A stretch of DNA of 64,000 nt from Auanema rhodensis (taxonomy: Eukaryota; Animalia; Nematoda): contig OZ059894.1 of NCBI GenBank assembly GCA_964057225.1, forward strand, positions 20,398,001-20,462,000, read 5' to 3'. The notes under the pieces are model-generated. The model was given only the letters and a program-made list of their open reading frames with translations, was not told the origin of the DNA and did not search any database. Shown here piece after piece: positions 1 through 9,100 of this stretch (position 1 is the stretch's first letter; each line of letters begins with the position of its first letter). The translations under genes were made by a program, and so were the position numbers.

Positions 1-44
1 TACAGAAATTAGTTATGATCGTTTGAAAAATGATCGATTAGTGT

Positions 45-72
45 ATGTTGAGTTTCCATGTACACTCAACAT
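45..72. other. Inverted repeat 1 (9-bp arms, 10-nt spacer), present in every monomer
   Basis: ATGTTGAGT (45-53) is the exact reverse complement of ACTCAACAT (64-72); the spacer is TTCCATGTAC. Confidence 0.95.
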
Positions 73-222
73 TGCTTCCAAAAACATTTTGACAAAAATT
101 TTTTTGAAAAATTTCAAAATAAATTAGCAAAAAGTAGATGTTTTTAGATTGCTTTTTTCAAGGCAAAGACGATGGACAATGTTATTCAACGAAAAAAATA
201 ATTCTTCAGGGTGAAACTCGAG

Positions 223-244
223 GATATAAGTGTGAACTTATATC
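223..244. other. Inverted repeat 2 (9-bp arms, 4-nt loop), in essentially every monomer
   Basis: GATATAAGT (223-231) - GTGA - ACTTATATC (236-244), perfect arms. Confidence 0.95.
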
Positions 245-257
245 AGTTGATATCTCG

Positions 258-327
258 GTGCATTTTTAAGCTAGCGCAAATCTGATAACACAGATCGACG
301 CAGCTTAAAAATCCGCATCGAATGCAC
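258..327. other. Long imperfect nested inverted repeat 3, in every monomer (with variants)
   Basis: ATTTTTAAGCT (262-272) pairs with AGCTTAAAAAT (302-312), 11 bp perfect. Inner pairs: GCG (274-276)/CGC (299-301) and ATCTG (280-284)/CAGAT (291-295) around the loop ATAACA. Outer pair: GTGCATT (258-264)/AATGCAC (321-327), which partly overlaps the 11-bp arm. Confidence 0.9.
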
Positions 328-335
328 TATACTAC

Positions 336-352
336 ATTGAGAAACGCTCAAT
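336..352. other. Short inverted repeat 4 across the monomer junction
   Basis: ATTGAG-AAACG-CTCAAT is perfect in left-domain copies; most later copies read CTTAAT (G.T wobble). Confidence 0.7.
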
Positions 353-450
353 ACAAAAATTAGTTATGATTGTTTGAAAAATGCTGCATTAGTGTATGTT
401 GAGTTTCCATGTACACTCAACATTGCTTCCAAAAACATTTTGTCAAAAAT

Positions 451-462
451 TTTTTCGAAAAA
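451..462. other. 12-bp palindrome TTTTTCGAAAAA (monomer positions 100-111) within an A/T-tract cluster
   Basis: Shown for monomer 2. It is flanked by further dyads TTTTG-N-CAAAA and AAAAATTTTT. Confidence 0.85.
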
Positions 463-3165
463 TTTCAAGATCATTTAGCAAAAAGTAGATGTTTTTAGAT
501 TCCTTTTTTCAAGGCAAAGACGATGGACAATGTTATTAAACGAAAAAATTAATTCTTCAGGGTGAAACTCGAGGATATAAGTGTGAACTTATATCAGTTG
601 ATATCTCGGTGCATTTTTAAGCTAGCGCAAATCTGATAACACAGATCGACGCAGCTTAAAAATCCGCATCGAATGCACTATACTACATTGAGAAACGCTC
701 AATACAAAAATTAGTTATGATCGTTTGAAAAATGATCCATTAGTGTATGTTGAGTTTCCATGTACACTCAACATTGCTTCCAAAAACATTTTGACAAAAA
801 TTTTTTCGAAAAATTTCAAAATAAATTAGCAAAAAGTAGATGTTTTTAGATTGCTTTTTTCAAGGCAAAGACGATGGACAATGTTATTCAACGAAAAAAT
901 TAATTCTTCAGGGTGAAAATCGAGGATATAAGTGTGAACTTATATCAGTTGATATCTCGGTGCATTTTTAAGCTAGCGTAAATCTGATAACACAGATCGA
1001 CGCAGCTTAAAAATCCGCATCGAATGCACTATACTACATTGAGAAACGCTCAATACAAAAATTAGTTATGATTGTTTGAAAAATGCTGCATTAGTGTATG
1101 TTGAGTTTCCATGTACACTCAACATTGCTTCCAAAAACATTTTGTCAAAAATTTTTTCGAAAAATTTCAAGATCATTTAGCAAAAAGTAGATGTTTTTAG
1201 ATTCCTTTTTTCAAGGCAAAGACGATGGACAATGTTATTAAACGAAAAAATTAATTCTTCAGGGTGAAACTCGAGGATATAAGTGTGAACTTATATCAGT
1301 TGATATCTCGGTGCATTTTTAAGCTAGCGCAAATCTGATAACACAGATCGACGCAGCTTAAAAATCCGCATCGAATGCACTATACTACATTGAGAAACGC
1401 TCAATACAAAAATTAGTTATGATCGTTTGAAAAATGATCCATTAGTGTATGTTGAGTTTCCATGTACACTCAACATTGCTTCCAAAAACATTTTGACAAA
1501 AATTTTTTCGAAAAATTTCAAAATAAATTAGCAAAAAGTAGATGTTTTTAGATTGCTTTTTTCAAGGCAAAGACGATGGACAATGTTATTCAACGAAAAA
1601 ATTAATTCTTCAGGGTGAAAATCGAGGATATAAGTGTGAACTTATATCAGTTGATATCTCGGTGCATTTTTAAGCTAGCGCAAATCTGATAACACAGATC
1701 GACGCAGCTTAAAAATCCGCATCGAATGCACTATACTACATTGAGAAACGCTTAATACAAAAATTAGTTATGATCGTTTGAAAAATGATGCATTAGTGTA
1801 TGTTGAGTTTCCATGTACACTCAACATTGCTTCCAAAAACATTTTGACAAAAATTTTTTCGAAAAATTTCAAGATAATTTAGCAGAAAGTAGATGTTTTT
1901 AGATTCCTTTTTTCAAGGCAAAGACGATGGACAATGTTATTCAACGAAAAAATTAATTCTTCAGGGTGAAAATCGAGGATATAAGTGTGAACTTATATCA
2001 GTTGATATCTCGGTGCATTTTTAAGCTAGCGCAAATCATCTGATAACACAGATCGACGCAGCTTAAAAATCCGCATCGAATGCACTATACTACATTGAGA
2101 AACGCTTGATACAGAAATTAGTTATGATCGTTTGAAAAATGATCCATTAGTGTATGTTGAGTTTCCATGTACACTCAACATTGCTTCCAAAAACATTTTG
2201 ACAAAAATTTTTTCGAAAAATTTCAAAATAAATTAGCAAAAAGTAGATGTTTTTAGATTGCTTTTTTCAAGGCGAAGACGATGGACAATGTTATTCAACG
2301 AAAACATTAATTCTTCAGGGTGAAAATCGAGGATATAAGTGTAAACTCATATCAGTTGATATCTCGGTGCATTTTTAAGCTAGCGCAAATCTGATAACAC
2401 AGATCGACGCAGCTTAAAAATCCGCATCAAATGCACTATACTACATTGAGAAACGCTTGATACAGGAATTAGTTATGATCGTTTGAAAAATGATCGATTA
2501 GTGTATGTTGAGTTTCCATGTACACTCAACATTGCTTCCAAAAACATTTTGACAAAAATTTTTTCGAAAAATTTCAAGATAATTTAGCAAAAAGTAGATG
2601 TTTTTAGATTGCTTTTTTCAAGGCAAAGACGATGGACAATGTTATTCAACGAAAAAATTAATTCTTCAGGGTGAAAATCGAGGATATAAGTGTGAACTTA
2701 TATCAGTTGATATCTCGGTGCATTTTTAAGCTAGCGCAAATCTGATAACACAGATCGACGCAGCTTAAAAATCCGCATCGAATGCACTATACTACATTGA
2801 GAAACGCTTAATACAAAAATTAGTTATGATCGTTTGAAAAATGATGCATTAGTGTATGTTGAGTTTCCATGTACACTCAACATTGCTTCCAAAAACATTT
2901 TGACAAAAATTTTTTCGAAAAATTTCAAGAAAATTTAGCAGAAAGTAGATGTTTTTAGATTCCTTTTTTCAAGGCAAAGACGATGGACAATGTTATTCAA
3001 CGAAAAAATTAATTCTTCAGGGTGAAAATCGAGGATATAAGTGTGAACTTATATCAGTTGATATCTCGGTGCATTTTTAAGCTAGCGCAAATCATCTGAT
3101 AACACAGATCGACGCAGCTTAAAAATCCGCATCGAATGCACTATACTACATTGAGAAACGCTTGA

Positions 3166-6100
3166 TACAGAAATTAGTTATGATCGTTTGAAAAATGATC
3201 CATTAGTGTATGTTGAGTTTCCATGTACACTCAACATTGCTTCCAAAAACATTTTGACAAAAATTTTTTCGAAAAATTTCAAAATAAATTAGCAAAAAGT
3301 AGATGTTTTTAGATTGCTTTTTTCAAGGCAAAGACGATGGACAATGTTATTCAACGAAAACATTAATTCTTCAGGGTGAAAATCGAGGATATAAGTGTGA
3401 ACTTATATCAGTTGATATCTCGGTGCATTTTTAAGCTAGCGCAAATCTGATAACACAGATCGACGCAGCTTAAAAATCCGCATCGAATGCACTATACTAC
3501 ATTGAGAAACGCTTAATACAAAAATTAGTTATGATCGTTTGAAAAATGATGCATTAGTGTATGTTGAGTTTCCATGTACACTCAACATTGCTTCCAAAAA
3601 CATTTTGACAAAAATTTTTTCGAAAAATTTCAAGATAATTTAGCAAAAAGTAGATGTTTTTAGATTCCCTTTTTCAAGGCAAAAACGATGGACAATGTTA
3701 TTCAACTAAAAAATTAATTCTTCAGGGTGAAAATCGAGGATATAAGTGTGAAAACTTATATCAGTTGATATCTCGGTGCATTTTTAAGCTAGCGCGAATC
3801 TGATAACACAGATCGACGCAGCTTAAAAATCCGCATCGAATGCACTATACTACATTGAGAAACGCTTAATACAAAAATTAGTTATGATCGTTTGAAAAAT
3901 GATGCATTACTGTATGTTGAGTTTCCATGTACACTCAACATTGCTTCCAAAAACATTTTGACAAAAATTTTTTCGAAAAATTTCAAAATAAATTAGCAAA
4001 AAGTAGATGTTTTTAGATTCCTTTTTTCAAGGCAAAGACGATGGACAATGTTATTCAACGAAAAAATTAATTCTTCAGGGTGAAAATCGAGGATATAAGT
4101 GTGAACTTATATCAGTTGATATCTCGGTGCATTTTTAAGCTAGCGCGAATCTGATAACACAGATCGACGCAGCTTAAAAATCCGCATCGAATGCACTATA
4201 CTACATTGAGAAACGCTTAATACAAAAATTAGTTATGATCGTTTGAAAAATGATGCATTAGTTTATGTTGAGTTTCCATGTACACTCAACATTGCTTCCA
4301 AAAACATTTTGACAAAAATTTTTTCGAAAAATTTCAAAATAAATTAGCAAAAAGTAGATGTTTTTAGATTCCTTTTTTCAAGGCAAAGACGATGGACAAT
4401 GTTATTCAACGAAAAAATTATTTCTTCAGGGTGAAAATCGAGGATATAAGTGTGAACTTATATCAGTTGATATCTCGGTGCATTTTTAAGCTAGCGCAAA
4501 TCTGCTAACACAGATCGACGCAGCTTAAAAATCCGCATCGAATGCACTATACTACATTGAGAAACGCTTAATACAAAAATTAGTTATGATCGTTTGAAAA
4601 ATGATGCATTACTGTATGTTGAGTTTCCATGTACACTCAACATTGCTTCCAAAAACATTTTGACAAAAATTTTTTCGAAAAATTTCAAGATAATTTAGCA
4701 AAAAGTAGATGTTTTTAGATTCCTTTTTTCAAGGCAAAAACGATGGACAATGTTATTCAACGAAAAAATTAATTCTTCAGGGTGAAAATCGAGGATATAA
4801 GTGTGAACTTATATCAGTTGATATCTCGGTGCATTTTTAAGCTAGCGCAAATCTGATAACACAGATCGACGCAGCTTAAAAATCCGCATCGAATGCACTA
4901 TACTACATTGAGAAACGCTTAATACAAAAATTAGTTATGATCGTTTGAAAAATGATGCATAAGTGTATGTTGAGTTTCCATGTACACTCAACATTGCTTC
5001 CAAAAACATTTTGACAAAAATTTTTTCGAAAAATTTCAAGATAATTTAGCAAAAAGTAGATGTTTTTAGATTCCTTTTTTCAAGGCAAAGACGATGGACA
5101 TTGTTATTCAACGAAAAAATTAATTCTTCAGGGTGAAAATCGAGGATATAAGTGTGAACTTATATCAGTTGATATCTCGGTGCATTTTTAAGCTAGCGCA
5201 AATCTGATAACACAGATCGACGCAGCTTAAAAATCCGCATCGAATGCACTATACTACATTGAGAAACGCTCAGTACAAAAATCAGTTATGATCGTTTGAA
5301 AAATGATCCATTAGTGTATGTTGAGTTTCCATGTACACTCAACATTGCTTCCAAAAACATTTTGACAAAAATTTTTTCGAAAAATTTCAAAATAAATTAG
5401 CAAAAAATAGATGTTTTTAGATTGCTTTTTTCAAGGCAAAGACGATGGACAATGTTATTCAACGAAAAAATTGATTCTTCAGGGTGAAAATCGAGGATAT
5501 AAGTGTGAACTTATATCAGTTGATATCTCGGTGCATTTTTAAGCTAGCGCAAATCTGATAACACAGATCGACGCAGCTTAAAAATCCGCATCGAATGCAC
5601 TATACTACATTGAGAAACGCTTAATACAAAAATTAGTTATGATCGTTTGAAAAATGATGCATTAGTGTATGTTGAGTTTCCATGTACACTCAACATTGCT
5701 TCCAAAAACATTTTGACAAAAATTTTTTCGAAAAATTTCAAGATAATTTAGCAAAAAGTAGATGTTTTTAGATTCCTTTTTTTGAAGGCAAAGACGATGG
5801 ACATTGTTATTCAACGAAAAAATTAATTCTTCAGGGTGAAAATCGAGGATATAAGTGTGAACTTATATCAGTTGATATCTCGGTGCATTTTTAAGCTAGC
5901 GCAAATCTGATAACACAGATCGACGCAGCTTAAAAATCCGCATCGAATGCACTATACTACATTGAGAAACGCTCAATACAAAAATCAGTTATGATCGTTT
6001 GAAAAATGATCCATTAGTGTATGTTGAGTTTCCATGTACACTCAACATTGCTTCCAAAAACATTTTGACAAAAATTTTTTCGAAAAATTTCAAAATAAAT

Positions 6101-9100
6101 TAGCAAAAAATAGATGTTTTTAGATTGCTTTTTTCAAGGCAAAGACGATGGACAATGTTATTCAACGAAAAAATTAATTCTTCAGGGTGAAAATCGAGGA
6201 TATAAGTGTGAACTTATATCAGTTGATATCTCGGTGCATTTTTAAGCTAGCGCAAATCTGATAACACAGATCGACGCAGCTTAAAAATCCGCATCGAATG
6301 CACTATACTACATTGAGAAACGCTTAATACAAAAATTAGTTATGATCGTTTGAAAAATGATGCATTAGTGTATGTTGAGTTTCCATGTACACTCAACATT
6401 GCTTCCAAAAACATTTTGACAAAAATTTTTTCGAAAAATTTCAAGATAATTTAGCAAAAAGTAGATGTTTTTAGATTCCTTTTTTCAAGGCAAAGACGAA
6501 GGACATTGTTATTCAACGAAAAAATTAATTCTTCAGGGTGAAAATCGAGGATATAAGTGTGAACTTATATCAGTTGATATCTCGGTGCATTTTTAAGCTA
6601 GCGCAAATCTGATAACACAGATCGACGCAGCTTAAAAATCCGCATCGAATGCACTATACTACATTGAGAAACGCTCAATACAAAAATCAGTTATGATCGT
6701 TTGAAAAATGATCCATTAGTGTATGTTGAGTTTCCATGTACACTCAACATTGCTTCCAAAAACATTTTGACAAAAATTTTTTCGAAAAATTTCAAAATAA
6801 ATTAGCAAAAAATAGATGTTTTTAGATTGCTTTTTTCAAGGCAAAGACGATGGACAATGTTATTCAACGGAAAAATTAATTCTTCAGGGTGAAAATCGAG
6901 GATATAAGTGTGAACTTATATCAGTTGATATCTCGGTGCATTTTTAAGCTAGCGCAAATCTGATAACACAGATCGACGCAGCTTAAAAATCCGCATCGAA
7001 TGCACTATACTACATTGAGAAACGCTTAATACAAAAATTAGTTATGATCGTTTGAAAAATGATGCATTAGTGTATGTTGAGTTTCCATGTACACTCAACA
7101 TTGCTTCCAAAAACATTTTGACAAAAATTTTTTCGAAAAATTTCAAGATAATTTAGCAAAAAGTAGATGTTTTTAGATTCCTTTTTTCAAGGCAAAGACG
7201 ATGGACAATGTTATTCAACGAAAAAATTAATTCTTCAGGGTGAAAATCGAGGATATAAGTGTGAACTTATATCAGTTGATATCTCGGTGCATTTTTAAGC
7301 TAGCGCAAATCTGATAACACAGATCGACGCAGCTTAACAATCCGCATCGAATGCACTATACTACATTGAGAAACGCTTGATACAGAAATTAGTTATGATC
7401 GTTTGAAAAATGATCCATTAGTGTATGTTGAGTTTCCATGTACACTCAACATTGCTTCCAAAAACATTTTGACAAAAATTTTTTCGAAAAATTTCAAAAT
7501 AAATTAGCAAAAAGTAGATGTTTTTAGATTGCTTTTTTCAAGGCAAAGACGATGGACAATGTTATTCAACGAAAACATTAATTCTTCAGGGTGAAAATCG
7601 AGGATATAAGTGTGAACTTATATCAGTTGATATCTCGGTGCATTTTTAAGCTAGCGCAAATCTGATAACACAGATCGACGCAGCTTAAAAATCCGCATCG
7701 AATGCACTATACTACATTGAGAAACGCTTAATACAAAAATTAGTTATGATCGTTTGAAAAATGATGCATTAGTGTATGTTGAGTTTCCATGTACACTCAA
7801 CATTGCTTCCAAAAACATTTTGACAAAAATTTTTTCGAAAAATTTCAAGATAATTTAGCAAAAAGTAGATGTTTTTAGATTCCTTTTTTCAAGGCAAAAA
7901 CGATGGACAATGTTATTCAACTAAAAAATTAATTCTTCAGGGTGAAAATCGAGGATATAAGTGTGAACTTATATCAGTTGATATCTCGGTGCATTTTTAA
8001 GCTAGCGCGAATCTGATAACACAGATCGACGCAGCTTAAAAATCCGCATCGAATGCACTATACTACATTGAGAAACGCTTAATACAAAAATTAGTTATGA
8101 TCGTTTGAAAAATGATGCATTACTGTATGTTGAGTTTCCATGTACACTCAACATTGCTTCCAAAAACATTTTGACAAAAATTTTTTCGAAAAATTTCAAA
8201 ATAAATTAGCAAAAAGTAGATGTTTTTAGATTCCTTTTTTCAAGGCAAAGACGATGGACAATGTTATTCAACAAAAAAATTAATTCTTCAGGGTGAAAAT
8301 CGAGGATATAAGTGTGAACTTATATCAGTTGATATCTCGGTGCATTTTTAAGCTAGCGCAAATCTGATAACACAGAACGACGCAGCTTAAAAATCCGCAT
8401 CGAATGCACTATACTACATTGAGAAACGCTTAATACAAAAATTAGTTATGATCGTTTGAAAAATGATGCATTAGTGTATGTTGAGTTTCCATGTACACTC
8501 AACATTGCTTCCAAAAACATTTTGACAAAAATTTTTTCGAAAAATTTCAGAATAAATTAGCAAAAAGTAGATGTTTTTAGATTCCTTTTTTCAAGGCAAA
8601 GACGATGGACAATGTTATTCAACGAAAAAATTAATTCTTCAGGGTGAAAATCGAGGATATAAGTGTGAACTTATATCAGTTGATATCTCGGTGCATTTTT
8701 AAGCTAGCGCGAATCTGATAACACAGATCGACGCAGCTTAAAAATCCGCATCGAATGCACTATACTACATTGAGAAACGCTTAATACAAAAATTAGTTAT
8801 GATCGTTTGAAAAATGATGCATTAGTTTATGTTGAGTTTCCATGTACACTCAACATTGCTTCCAAAAACATTTTGACAAAAATTTTTTCGAAAAATTTCA
8901 AAATAAATTAGCAAAAAGTAGATGTTTTTAGATTCCTTTTTTCAAGGCAAAGACGATGGACAATGTTATTCAACGAAAAAATTATTTCTTCAGGGTGAAA
9001 ATCGAGGATATAAGTGTGAACTTATATCAGTTGATATCTCGGTGCATTTTTAAGCTAGCGCAAATCTGCTAACACAGATCGACGCAGCTTAAAAATCCGC

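Larger units (their letters stand above)
1..351. repeat. Representative monomer (phase set arbitrarily by the window start)
   Basis: Consensus: TACAAAAATTAGTTATGATCGTTTGAAAAATGATGCATTAGTGTATGTTGAGTTTCCATGTACACTCAACATTGCTTCCAAAAACATTTTGACAAAAATTTTTTCGAAAAATTTCAAAATAAATTAGCAAAAAGTAGATGTTTTTAGATTCCTTTTTTCAAGGCAAAGACGATGGACAATGTTATTCAACGAAAAAATTAATTCTTCAGGGTGAAAATCGAGGATATAAGTGTGAACTTATATCAGTTGATATCTCGGTGCATTTTTAAGCTAGCGCAAATCTGATAACACAGATCGACGCAGCTTAAAAATCCGCATCGAATGCACTATACTACATTGAGAAACGCTTAA. It has single sites for BsrGI (59-64), EcoRV (249-254) and NheI (270-275). Confidence 0.97.

Noticed and set aside
178-194. CENP-B box-like motif on the minus strand (TTTCGTTGAATAACATT)
   Set aside because: It matches only TTCGnnnnA and lacks the required CGGG half. 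The common CAACT allele also destroys the TTCG.
223-244. Rho-independent terminator or bacterial promoter/operator
   Set aside because: The stem is AT-rich with no following U-tract, there are no genes nearby, and the context is a satellite array.
138-269. 43-codon ORF in most monomers (consensus MFLDSFFQGKDDGQCYSTKKLILQGENRGYKCELISVDISVHF)
   Set aside because: It is short with no recognisable motif. Most variants are non-synonymous and the 1-bp deletion copies are frameshifted, so it is compatible with chance.
312-335. Pol III B-box, or tRNA/5S/snRNA tandem gene unit (minus strand ATTCGATGC)
   Set aside because: It mismatches the GWTCRANNC consensus. There is no convincing A-box, cloverleaf or recognisable 5S, spliced-leader or U snRNA sequence.
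150-350. Hammerhead ribozyme or retrozyme, as in newt, schistosome and cave-cricket satellites
   Set aside because: The minus strand has CTGAAGA (complement of 203-209), but no stem II can form before the next GAAA and the nearer motif is GAAT. The plus strand has CTGATAA (282-288), which lacks the conserved G8, and no stem II closes onto GAAAC (341-345). An Infernal/RNAMotif search would be the formal test.
1-351. Monomer as an ancient dimer of ~175-bp subunits
   Set aside because: Only trivial matches between the halves (e.g. AGTGT, GAAAAA); no alignable similarity by eye.
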